Virus record (IMG/VR): IMGVR_UViG_3300012663_000759
Span: 4,772-68,771 of that record
Strand: one strand, 5' to 3'
Length of the DNA stretch: 64,000 nt
Source: a virus
Both the position numbers and the translations under genes were made by a program. Shown in pieces: positions 45,194 to 53,511 of the stretch; the stretch's first letter is position 1, and each line of letters opens with the position of its first letter. The notes under the pieces were generated by a model. It had not been told where the DNA came from, searched no databases, and saw only the letters and a program-made list of their open reading frames with translations.

Positions 45194-46748
45194 CCACACT
45201 ATCTTCCAATGCACGAAGTTCGTCATCGTCTGGATTTTCCAAATTAACTTCTTCGGATTTGGTAACTTCTTCAATAGTAAATAAATTACTAAATGTATTT
45301 TGTTTTGGGCCGCCTTGTAGTCGTGCGCCTTCCAAACTAGTAAGAAACGCTCTTGCTTGACGGCTATCGAGCATTTCAAATGCTTCGTCTTTAGTTTTGG
45401 TATTAAATAAGTCCTCAATAAAACTAGCAAAATATAATATATTACGAGGAACCCAATCGCTATATTGATCTGCACTACTTTCAGCATCTTTAAGTTTATG
45501 CCAGTGTTTCCAGGTTAATTTTCCCTGTGTCTTAGCAATCTCAATGTCCATTAATTGTTGAGCACGTTGTACTGCAACGATATGGCAATAAACATTATGT
45601 CCCATCATTAAGGCGTAGGCAAAACTATCCCAAGAAGTTTTACCTTCTTTATTAATTTTGTTCAACATGCCCGGGGCATAGTGACAAATATCTCCCATGG
45701 TTAGCCTGCGGCCAATTTCGCTTTCAAACGGGAACGGTATGTCGGATTTGGCAAGTCCTTTGTTATCTGGGGCTTTGTCCATAATAACACTCCACCTTTT
45801 GGTTGTGTGTTGGGCGTTTGTGTAGACAAGTCCGTGCGCTGTTGCGATAAACGGTGAGGCGCAGTCAAAAGATATGGTAAGCTCTTCATTGATATGTTTC
45901 CTAAGTTGGCGTTGAATTAACGTTAAGTAACAACTCCAGTCAAGTTGCGCTGTACCCAAAAAGTGGATCCAGTTTTTGCCCTTCAGCAAACCGTCTTCTC
46001 TAAGTGTCATTAACCGCTTAAGAGTAATATCCATTTTACACATGTTGGCACCACCAAAGGCCCAACCTTCTGCTTCGCGTCCTGCATACTTACCTTTAGG
46101 ATCGCTAAATTCTTTAACACCTTGATACCATTTTTCAGCAGTATCCCAATCGCTACCTTGTAGAACATTAAGCCATTTAGTTTGCCCTAATCGGTTCATT
46201 AAGAAGTAATCGTTATTGAATCTTGTTTTGTCTAAACAGTCTTCAAATGTTTTTAATCCTGTTTTAGGACTGTGAATATGATCACACGCCCATGTTGGAA
46301 CGTCTAACATCATAGACCAATCAGCAGTAAGTTCTAACCATTCTAAAATACTTTGACGAGTTTTAGTTGCACTTGGACCTTCAAAGTCTAACCAATCAAA
46401 TTTAAGAACACCTTTACCAATCTGGTATCCACCCGAGTCACCTAAAATCATTGTGTTAGCGCGATCTCGTTGTTGGATCATTGATTCCTGGGTCATCGAC
46501 TTATTAAGATCTAACTGTGCATGACCTGCAGAATACAAACCATATTTGTAAGTAAAATACCCTTCTTCTGGATTTAGAAAGTTCATACCTTCAATACCAC
46601 GATCAAACCCTGCAGGAATACGATCATCTGGAATAAACTTTTCTAGTCGCTGTTTTGCAACATAGGTACTGTAGAAAGAACTAATAGCAGGTAGGTATAC
46701 TGCATAGTCTTTTTGTAGTGGGGTTAGGTTAACTGGTGGACTGGTCAT
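45183..46748 (-). CDS. dpdA: tRNA-guanine-transglycosylase-like protein (DpdA family, probable DNA/nucleotide 7-deazaguanine transglycosylase)
   Basis: ILGDSGGYQ, MMLDVP, NVLQG, GWAFGG, IHFLG and SFDCAS are TGT-barrel motifs; clustered with folE and queE. Confidence 0.78.
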   Translation of the reverse strand: MTSPPVNLTPLQKDYAVYLPAISSFYSTYVAKQRLEKFIPDDRIPAGFDRGIEGMNFLNPEEGYFTYKYGLYSAGHAQLDLNKSMTQESMIQQRDRANTMILGDSGGYQIGKGVLKFDWLDFEGPSATKTRQSILEWLELTADWSMMLDVPTWACDHIHSPKTGLKTFEDCLDKTRFNNDYFLMNRLGQTKWLNVLQGSDWDTAEKWYQGVKEFSDPKGKYAGREAEGWAFGGANMCKMDITLKRLMTLREDGLLKGKNWIHFLGTAQLDWSCYLTLIQRQLRKHINEELTISFDCASPFIATAHGLVYTNAQHTTKRWSVIMDKAPDNKGLAKSDIPFPFESEIGRRLTMGDICHYAPGMLNKINKEGKTSWDSFAYALMMGHNVYCHIVAVQRAQQLMDIEIAKTQGKLTWKHWHKLKDAESSADQYSDWVPRNILYFASFIEDLFNTKTKDEAFEMLDSRQARAFLTSLEGARLQGGPKQNTFSNLFTIEEVTKSEEVNLENPDDDELRALEDSVVDN

Positions 46749-47115
46749 CTTGTATTAATATCTCTGTTATTTTTAATTGGTCTTGTAATCGTCTTACTTC
46801 TAACTTGGCGGTATTTAGGTGTCCTTTAGCTACTCTAACAGCAGGATGGTCAGTTGGCATTGTTATTAGCAATTCTTCTTCAAGTTTTCTTTTCTTTGCC
46901 CATTCTAACAAATTCTTAGTTTCTTGATCAAGTTCTACAGTAGCGTAACTAGATGCAATGTTTGACCAATTGGTACCGTCAAACACTTGCATATCAGTTC
47001 CCCAAACACGAATCATACCCTGCATAGGGTTACCAGCATTTTGATTTACATACTGTAAAATGGTGTTGCCACCACTTACAGAAATGCCATTGGATCCCAT
47101 TAGCCCTTTTATCAT
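46729..47115 (-). CDS. Hypothetical protein
   Basis: 128-aa ORF between the clamp and dpdA; C-terminus looks coiled-coil. Confidence 0.65.
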   Translation of the reverse strand: MIKGLMGSNGISVSGGNTILQYVNQNAGNPMQGMIRVWGTDMQVFDGTNWSNIASSYATVELDQETKNLLEWAKKRKLEEELLITMPTDHPAVRVAKGHLNTAKLEVRRLQDQLKITEILIQDDQSTS

Positions 47116-47846
47116 GCGTTTGCAGGAATAATATATTTGTAAGTAGCCAATCCGCTGTCTAAAGTAATTTGCATAGCACCTTCGTTGCTAAAACCAATTT
47201 TAGCATTGTTTGCATCTGCAATCTTTAGAATGCTTAATACACTACTAACAGGCCATGTCCATGCTTTATTTAGGTTACCTGTAACATTTGTTGCAAAAAC
47301 AAATTCGCCACCGTGTGTGCTTTGATCACCAAAAATAAACTTTAGATTACCAGCATCTGTTTTTGCAAGGAATGTTGTGTGTTCACTATTAGCAGTAGCT
47401 TGGAAATTAAATCTTTGTACAGCCTGTAAAGTTGGAGCAACTTCAACATCCCATTTAACGCCTTTGAACTTGATAGTTTTTAGTTTTTCGTTAATGATTT
47501 CAGTATTCATAAAACGATAATCGTTCTTAAAGTCGCCCGCTTTATTCTCAAAATGCAATCCTACTGGCAACGTATCTCCGTTACGATCCGCAGTCACAAC
47601 TTCAATCTTAGCATCCTCTTTGTATTCTGGACAATCTAAATTGTACTTTAGTTTGTTTAACTGGGGCATGCCAAATACACCAATCATTTCCGGATAAGGA
47701 TTAGCAGTCTCGGCAGTCATAATAACTGAGCGGTCATCTGCCATAGAGTCGATTAAAGTTTTTTTCTCGTCTCCGGTTACTTTCACAATGTTTAGGAAAC
47801 CAAGGTTATGTGTGTGACCTACGATGTCTTGAAGAATGTCTTTCAT
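47112..47846 (-). CDS. DNA sliding clamp (gp45/PCNA-like)
   Basis: 244 aa with a two-domain alpha/beta pattern ending SNEGAMQITLDSGLATYKYII; adjacent to polB. Confidence 0.6.
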   Translation of the reverse strand: MKDILQDIVGHTHNLGFLNIVKVTGDEKKTLIDSMADDRSVIMTAETANPYPEMIGVFGMPQLNKLKYNLDCPEYKEDAKIEVVTADRNGDTLPVGLHFENKAGDFKNDYRFMNTEIINEKLKTIKFKGVKWDVEVAPTLQAVQRFNFQATANSEHTTFLAKTDAGNLKFIFGDQSTHGGEFVFATNVTGNLNKAWTWPVSSVLSILKIADANNAKIGFSNEGAMQITLDSGLATYKYIIPANA

Positions 47847-47863
47847 GTTTTGTCCTTTTGTAT

Positions 47864-47892
47864 AGTATATTTAGGTTTTTGGTATAAGTCAA
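47864..47892 (-). promoter_or_regulatory. Sigma70 promoter overlapped by a TAAATA late-type motif
   Basis: TTGACT-N17-TATACT, with TAAATA at 47868-47873. Confidence 0.75.
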
Positions 47893-47899
47893 ATAAATT

Positions 47900-50569
47900 T
47901 TATTCAAAACTGAATAAATTACTGAACGTATTTGTTTGGGTGGTGGAATCTAAATCCCATTCTAGAACACCAATAAGGTTATCTAGTTTATTATTAATAA
48001 TCACAGCTTCCATTTCAGCATGATCAAACGGAAGTTCCTGAAACCATTTTGGTAGACGCATTTCGTCGACAGGATATGCAACACTGGTATATCCTAACGG
48101 GTTATCTCTAACCTTACAGACAATAACCTTCATTCCGTCTACAATACCCATAGAGTATTTGTCACCATTCATTCTTTTGAGCGTATTCCAATTAATACTT
48201 GCTCTAACATGACCAGGCATATTAGCCTTGCCAGCCTTCTTCTCTTTTGCTTCGTATTCTGTAATGTTGTTTGCACGTTTCGGTGATCCTTTCTCCCATC
48301 CTGGGCGGGCTTTGAATTCTGTTCGGAATTCACTAATTCGATCTAAAATCTCTTCTTCCCGACTACCGTTAAGTACTTTGGTTAGAAGCTCTTCTAGAAA
48401 TTTCTGCATAAATTCAGGAGTATCACTGCGCTTCAAATCTAAGCCCATGGCCTTGATCTTACCCGGCTTACCTTCAACATCCTGACGCTTGCCTTCCTTA
48501 TCATAATACAATACAGCATACCGCTTCTTGGTAATAAACAGGCCTTTGATAGCAACAATCTCGCGTCCGGCTTTAATAACTTCACCACGCGATTTAGGGC
48601 AGTGGAAGAAATCTAGCATCATCTGTGGGAATGTACTATTAACTTCGTCGGAGATTGTATCATACAACTGTACAACACTATCTTTATCCCACGGAATTTC
48701 TTTTTTATCAATTTCTTTTTTCAGCGTACTATATGCACTAAAGTATGCAGAGTCTGTATCACCATATATAATTGCCTTACCTAGGTGATTATATTCTCCA
48801 GTGACTACTTCATTTATTTTTGAGGCCATATGACGAGCGATTGCTCTGCCAGTGAGCGTGGTTGACTGACCAATACGATTATCGAAAAACCTACAGCCAG
48901 CGTTAAGTATAGCACCGTATAAGCTATTAAGGTTAATCTTTTTAACCAATTGTCTCTTGTCCCAGTATTCTTCTTCAATTTTATTCTCCGCTTTAATTGC
49001 GTCTTTTAATTTCTTTTGCATATCTTTACGTTCAGCATACCACCGCTTTAACAAGCCGGGAATAACCCCTTCAGTTTCGTACGTAAAGATTGTTCCGTTA
49101 GCACTAAGCATCCAAGGTTGGTTGCTTTCAAAAATTAAATCATAAATTTGTGCGCCAGTTAATACATCAGTATCACCCGATTCCCAATCTACAATAATCT
49201 CATTTGATATGTTTTTAGACATAACAAATTCGTATTCGTTACTACCAAATTTACCTTCCCAAGCCGCGGCAAAACTAGAACCTTTGGCAATCTTTGCATC
49301 AATCTCTGCCTGTGTGTAATCCTGGCGTAACTGTCCTACAATAGTTTCTGGACCCATATTAAGGGCACGAATTACTGACGGATACAGAGAGTTAATGTCC
49401 ATACTACCGATCCAATCGTGTAGTCCTTTTTTAGGATATGCTACGTAAGCACCAGCCGCTTGATTAACAGCATTCTCATCACGTGGTTTGCGACTTGGTA
49501 CAATCATACCTCTATGATGTGCTTCATTTACAATGGCCTGTTCTGTAACAGCGACAGCACCCATTGTGGTTTGTAGCAACACGGTATTTTCGTGTGCAAT
49601 AGTATTAGCAAGATCAATGAACTTTAATTTCTTATCTAGTTTATCTAGCAACGCACAGTCTTGCCTGTTGTATTCGATAAACTTACGGAAGTCATTGTTG
49701 TATAGTTGATCCAATGTGCCTTCGTATTGAGTTTTAGTCTCTCCAACCTCCATCTCACCAATTGCATCTAATCGATACGTATGTCGTTCTTCGTATGTGT
49801 ATTTTCGGTACAGCTCAAGACTATCCAAATGTACTCGTCCGATTAAATCATATGTAACAGCATCTTTACCGTATTTTTCGTATTCTCTTTTCTTAGGAAA
49901 CTGATCAAACAAACAAAGTCTACGGGTATCTTCTTTACTCAAAACTTTAATAATTCGATTAACAGTATACGGCATATCAAAGCCTTCGCTGTTCCATCCA
50001 CTTAAGATATCAGCATCTTGAATTAAATCAAGGAACACGTCTAACATTTCCCCTTCTGTTTCAAACAGCATTGTATTGGGAAATTCTTTAACTTGTTCTT
50101 TTGCTTGCTCCATTGTCAGCGTCTTTGGAGGAACTGCTAAACACACTAGTGTGTCTAACCATTGTAAGTGAACAGCAATAGCAGTAATTGGCATGAACGC
50201 ATCATCAGGTGAAGCATAGCCACGTTCTGGATCAAAGTCCACCTCAATATCCCAAAATGCTATGTTTAGCTTTGGAGGTTCTTTACCTAGATAGTTTTCT
50301 TCAAGACATCGGAACACTGGCTTAATATCGCTTTCATATAAACGATGTCCGCTATGTATCCTTAATTCTTTCTGAAATTCTTTATTGTTTTTACAAACAA
50401 CTTTTGATAGGCTTTCGCCGTAAATTGATTTATATTTGCCCTTGTTGTCCGGGTAGTAAAAGACATATCGGGCAGGATAGTCTTGATAAATTCTACCTTT
50501 CTTTGGATCTCGCTCAACAATTCTGACAACATCATTGTCGCGATCCCAGATAGCATCGACGTAACTCAT
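47900..50569 (-). CDS. Family B DNA polymerase (T4 gp43-like)
   Basis: Exo I DIE, Exo II GWNSEGFD, Exo III YNRQD; polymerase motifs DINSLYPS, KINLNSLYG, YGDTDS, KKRY. Confidence 0.97.
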   Translation of the reverse strand: MSYVDAIWDRDNDVVRIVERDPKKGRIYQDYPARYVFYYPDNKGKYKSIYGESLSKVVCKNNKEFQKELRIHSGHRLYESDIKPVFRCLEENYLGKEPPKLNIAFWDIEVDFDPERGYASPDDAFMPITAIAVHLQWLDTLVCLAVPPKTLTMEQAKEQVKEFPNTMLFETEGEMLDVFLDLIQDADILSGWNSEGFDMPYTVNRIIKVLSKEDTRRLCLFDQFPKKREYEKYGKDAVTYDLIGRVHLDSLELYRKYTYEERHTYRLDAIGEMEVGETKTQYEGTLDQLYNNDFRKFIEYNRQDCALLDKLDKKLKFIDLANTIAHENTVLLQTTMGAVAVTEQAIVNEAHHRGMIVPSRKPRDENAVNQAAGAYVAYPKKGLHDWIGSMDINSLYPSVIRALNMGPETIVGQLRQDYTQAEIDAKIAKGSSFAAAWEGKFGSNEYEFVMSKNISNEIIVDWESGDTDVLTGAQIYDLIFESNQPWMLSANGTIFTYETEGVIPGLLKRWYAERKDMQKKLKDAIKAENKIEEEYWDKRQLVKKINLNSLYGAILNAGCRFFDNRIGQSTTLTGRAIARHMASKINEVVTGEYNHLGKAIIYGDTDSAYFSAYSTLKKEIDKKEIPWDKDSVVQLYDTISDEVNSTFPQMMLDFFHCPKSRGEVIKAGREIVAIKGLFITKKRYAVLYYDKEGKRQDVEGKPGKIKAMGLDLKRSDTPEFMQKFLEELLTKVLNGSREEEILDRISEFRTEFKARPGWEKGSPKRANNITEYEAKEKKAGKANMPGHVRASINWNTLKRMNGDKYSMGIVDGMKVIVCKVRDNPLGYTSVAYPVDEMRLPKWFQELPFDHAEMEAVIINNKLDNLIGVLEWDLDSTTQTNTFSNLFSFE

Positions 50570-50580
50570 TATTTTTCTCC

Positions 50581-50629
50581 TTGCAATTTTCGGCCTGCAA
50601 ATACCAATGTGATCAATTTTAGCTGATCA
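50581..50629 (-). promoter_or_regulatory. Tandem RNA hairpins abutting the polB ribosome-binding site (candidate translational operator)
   Basis: Minus strand reads TGATCA-GCTAAAAT-TGATCA, then TTGCAG-GCCGAAAA-TTGCAA, running into AAGGAG-N8-ATG. Confidence 0.55.
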
Positions 50630-50639
50630 AACTTTTCTC

Positions 50640-50933
50640 TCAATTATTTAACATTCTTACTAGACCGATAGTATCAATTGCGGTCAGCAATATATAGTTA
50701 GCCAGCATACCAAAAGATTTCCTAGTCCAAGCAGCCCAAGCGTACATAGCACAGCCAGCAATCCAAACGGGATAAAGAGCAAGAAGCGGTGGAGTTGGGA
50801 CTGTGACTGCCATAGTAATACTGCAACCAATACTAACAGCCCAAGCAAGAAGCTCAACAAGAAACCGAATTGGATGAGACTTAAAGTCATCTTTGATCCA
50901 TTGAACTGTAGGGCCAAACACAGTGTTGAACAT
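50640..50933 (-). CDS. Small membrane protein (about 3 TM)
   Basis: Three hydrophobic segments. Confidence 0.7.
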   Translation of the reverse strand: MFNTVFGPTVQWIKDDFKSHPIRFLVELLAWAVSIGCSITMAVTVPTPPLLALYPVWIAGCAMYAWAAWTRKSFGMLANYILLTAIDTIGLVRMLNN

Positions 50934-50991
50934 TGTTATCCTTTGCGGGTATATAATGTAACATCTGATTTTAGATAATATAATTTAATCA

Positions 50992-51261
50992 TCAGTCTTC
51001 TCTACGCTGACTATGCCCACCGATATCAACAATAGTTTCAAGGTCGTCGAATTCTCTCCAAACTTGATCCCACTGATCTTTCATAGAAACTTTAATTGCT
51101 TTTCGAATAACACTAGGTTTTACTTCTAGTTCTTCGGCAACTGCTTTAATAGTTTCGTTGAGACCTTCTGTTAGGTCTTGTATTTCTTGCATGACAGTCA
51201 TGCCTTCAGAAATGATTTGTTTAATTTTTGCTTGTTCTGGCGCACCAAATGCTTTTCCCAT
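50992..51261 (-). CDS. Small helical protein resembling T4 DsbA/GapR-like dsDNA-binding proteins
   Basis: Coiled-coil followed by IKAVAEELEVKPSVIRKAIK; AGGAG RBS and its own promoter. Confidence 0.55.
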   Translation of the reverse strand: MGKAFGAPEQAKIKQIISEGMTVMQEIQDLTEGLNETIKAVAEELEVKPSVIRKAIKVSMKDQWDQVWREFDDLETIVDIGGHSQRRED

Positions 51262-51281
51262 AATTTACTCCTTAAGTAACT

Positions 51282-51310
51282 ATTATACTTAGTGAGAACA
51301 GAAAAGTCAA
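51282..51310 (-). promoter_or_regulatory. Sigma70-type promoter heading the polB operon
   Basis: TTGACT-N17-TATAAT. Confidence 0.8.
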
Positions 51311-51562
51311 CTATTTTTGAGGTTTACTAAACCAAAGTTTGAACCACGCATCGGTTCCTGGTTTAATATTTTGTTCGCGCATTATTTGAGCTTTTTCAGT
51401 GCCACTATTATTCCCACTTACAATAATTTGCGGCTCTGCTGTTTTAATTTTATCTACACCTGTATGTTGCCACATTGGATCATCCTCTGGTAAAAAGCAG
51501 TCGTCTGCTTCTTTTGGTAAAAAGTCAGATGCTGTTAATCTACGTTGTGGCCAGTTGCTCAT
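51311..51562 (-). CDS. Hypothetical protein
   Basis: 83-aa ORF ending NIKPGTDAWFKLWF. Confidence 0.65.
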   Translation of the reverse strand: MSNWPQRRLTASDFLPKEADDCFLPEDDPMWQHTGVDKIKTAEPQIIVSGNNSGTEKAQIMREQNIKPGTDAWFKLWFSKPQK

Positions 51563-52227
51563 TTTAATTTTGATTCTAAAATTGTGTTTAGTCTATGGTA
51601 ATACCATGATTCTGAAGTATTCTTCTTTTTAGGTTCTTTTTTCAATTTACCAGTACGCTCTAAATCTTTTAACAAATCGATACGATCTCGGTAACCCTTA
51701 ACACCTGGTTTAATATCGTGTGCCGCCATACGTTGTTGTACAGTTGGGTTATCTGCATGTTTCATAGTAGTATCATATTGATGACTATGTTGTGGGTTAC
51801 CTTCTGCTACTTGCGGATCAATGCCTTGATCCTTTTGAGTTTGCAGATAATTCCAAACACCAACTAACATCATTTCTGCTTTAGCAATTTTCTCTTGGCA
51901 CCATTCTGGAAGATTGTCATCTTCTCCGATTGTATCATGAAGTCCCTTAACAGCTCGGGCTAGACTATATAAGTTGCCAGTAGCCATTCCTGCTTCGTCG
52001 TTGTATTCCCCGCCGCCGTCGAATTCTTCTCCGACCATGTCTAATGTGTCTAAATTCTTTTTATGTTTAGCTTTTCTAGGATCTTTGATAGCAGCCTTCT
52101 TTTTATCTGTATGTGCTCCAGCCCCAGCAGTTTGTGCATTTTTAGCAACAAAGTTTCTTGGCTTTGCAGTATACTTCATGGCCTTTACGCCTTTTTTATG
52201 TTCATTCATTTCATTCATTTCAGTCAC
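51559..52227 (-). CDS. Hypothetical protein, possible internal head protein
   Basis: Modular, charged protein with several [VLI]-x-E sites; start codon uncertain. Confidence 0.6.
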   Translation of the reverse strand: MTEMNEMNEHKKGVKAMKYTAKPRNFVAKNAQTAGAGAHTDKKKAAIKDPRKAKHKKNLDTLDMVGEEFDGGGEYNDEAGMATGNLYSLARAVKGLHDTIGEDDNLPEWCQEKIAKAEMMLVGVWNYLQTQKDQGIDPQVAEGNPQHSHQYDTTMKHADNPTVQQRMAAHDIKPGVKGYRDRIDLLKDLERTGKLKKEPKKKNTSESWYYHRLNTILESKLK

Positions 52228-52228
52228 C

Positions 52229-52687
52229 TTAAACTACTATACTATCTGGGCGACCTTTTCCAGGTCCTTGACTAATGGAACCTGAAGAGGTTGACCCGCC
52301 GGTTGCACTTTCTTGAGCTCCACCGGCATCATTTATTCTTGCCTGTAGTGCGTGTATTTGTTTTTGTAAATCTTTTTGCTTAGACCAAAAACTATGATCA
52401 TCGCTATATTCAAAGTTAGGATCAAACTGTGAACGTAGTTGTTCTAATTGTTTTACTAGCTGAGGCAGGTTATTTCGATCCTTCTCAATCTGAGCGGCCC
52501 TTGCCTGCTGTGCTTGGCTTTCTCGATCTGCACGATCTGATTGACGCTTTAATTCATCTTGCTTACGTAACTCGTCATGATCTGGATCGCCATGTATTCG
52601 AAGATTTTTATACTTAGGATCGGTCTTCTGCAGATTCTTAAAATACGCTACCATGTCGTTTTCTCGTATTAAGTCTTGTATTTTCAT
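52229..52687 (-). CDS. Hypothetical protein, possible internal head protein
   Basis: Likely start MKIQDLIRE at 52687, overlapping the upstream stop. Confidence 0.6.
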   Translation of the reverse strand: MKIQDLIRENDMVAYFKNLQKTDPKYKNLRIHGDPDHDELRKQDELKRQSDRADRESQAQQARAAQIEKDRNNLPQLVKQLEQLRSQFDPNFEYSDDHSFWSKQKDLQKQIHALQARINDAGGAQESATGGSTSSGSISQGPGKGRPDSIVV

Positions 52688-53049
52688 TTTTTCATCCAAT
52701 TTGCTACAGGGCTAACCTTGTTTGTAGTGTCTAATTCTTTACTGGTCATATCACCGTGGTTAAGATCTGTATATACTGCTCCTACTGCTTTATAGGCATC
52801 TTTTAACATATCTTGTTCTACTTGTGAATAGGGATGTGTAGTTTTCTTCTTACCTATCCAACTTTTTGAATCCATCTCTACCGGAGTTTTTCCGTCTGCA
52901 CCTGCCACTGCCATGCCTAGCCTGTAGGAAACATAATCGCCACTTACTTGTTCACCGTCGCTGTAAGTATTAACTCCGCGAGTAGACTGTTGCTGTCTCT
53001 TGGTAATTTTACCAACTTTTATTTCAGTTATGAATTCGTTAGCTCTCAT
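52684..53049 (-). CDS. Hypothetical protein, possible internal head protein
   Basis: N-terminus MRANEFITE resembles the T4 capsid-targeting sequence. Confidence 0.65.
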   Translation of the reverse strand: MRANEFITEIKVGKITKRQQQSTRGVNTYSDGEQVSGDYVSYRLGMAVAGADGKTPVEMDSKSWIGKKKTTHPYSQVEQDMLKDAYKAVGAVYTDLNHGDMTSKELDTTNKVSPVANWMKK

Positions 53050-53053
53050 AGCA

Positions 53054-53491
53054 TCATCCCTTAAGGCTTGCTGTCAGCATCCATTTATGTTTGTTATGAG
53101 CATCGATTCGTTCTGCAAGGAAATTGCTGAATCCGTATTCTGCATTCTTTTCAGAAATTTCATATACCATTTTTAATATAGTAATCATTTTTTCATTATC
53201 TGATAACAGCTCAGCTACCATAGAATTTTTATCTAGTATTTCTGTTTCGTCATCTATTTGAGAAAGCATATTAAATCGTGAGTAGCTGGCAGGAACAAAT
53301 GTGCCTAAACTACGTATTTTTTCAGCAAAATTGTCTATACTTCCGTATACTTCTTCGTATATTTTACCAAATAAGTCATGATATTCTAAAAAATCTGACC
53401 CTTCTACATTCCAGTGGAAGTTATGCGCTTTTAGATAAAAACTAAAAGAACTTGCGAATCCGACTTTGGCTGCTTTTTGTAAATCTTCCAT
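53054..53491 (-). CDS. dps: Dps-family ferritin-like DNA protection protein
   Basis: KAHNFHWNVEG..F...HDLF...YEE....D..AEKIR; C-terminal HKWML. Confidence 0.9.
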   Translation of the reverse strand: MEDLQKAAKVGFASSFSFYLKAHNFHWNVEGSDFLEYHDLFGKIYEEVYGSIDNFAEKIRSLGTFVPASYSRFNMLSQIDDETEILDKNSMVAELLSDNEKMITILKMVYEISEKNAEYGFSNFLAERIDAHNKHKWMLTASLKG

Positions 53492-53511
53492 TACTTAATC
53501 CATTTAATATG

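Noticed and set aside
46940-47030. GMIRVW...QVFDGTNW segment resembling the fibre GQLWY...VY.G..W motif
   Set aside because: The match is too short and generic to infer a structural role for this ORF in the replication operon.
50936-50992. 18-aa mini-ORF (MIKLYYLKSDVTLYTRKG) coupled to the upstream stop
   Set aside because: Too short to support without conservation data; it may be chance or a gene remnant.
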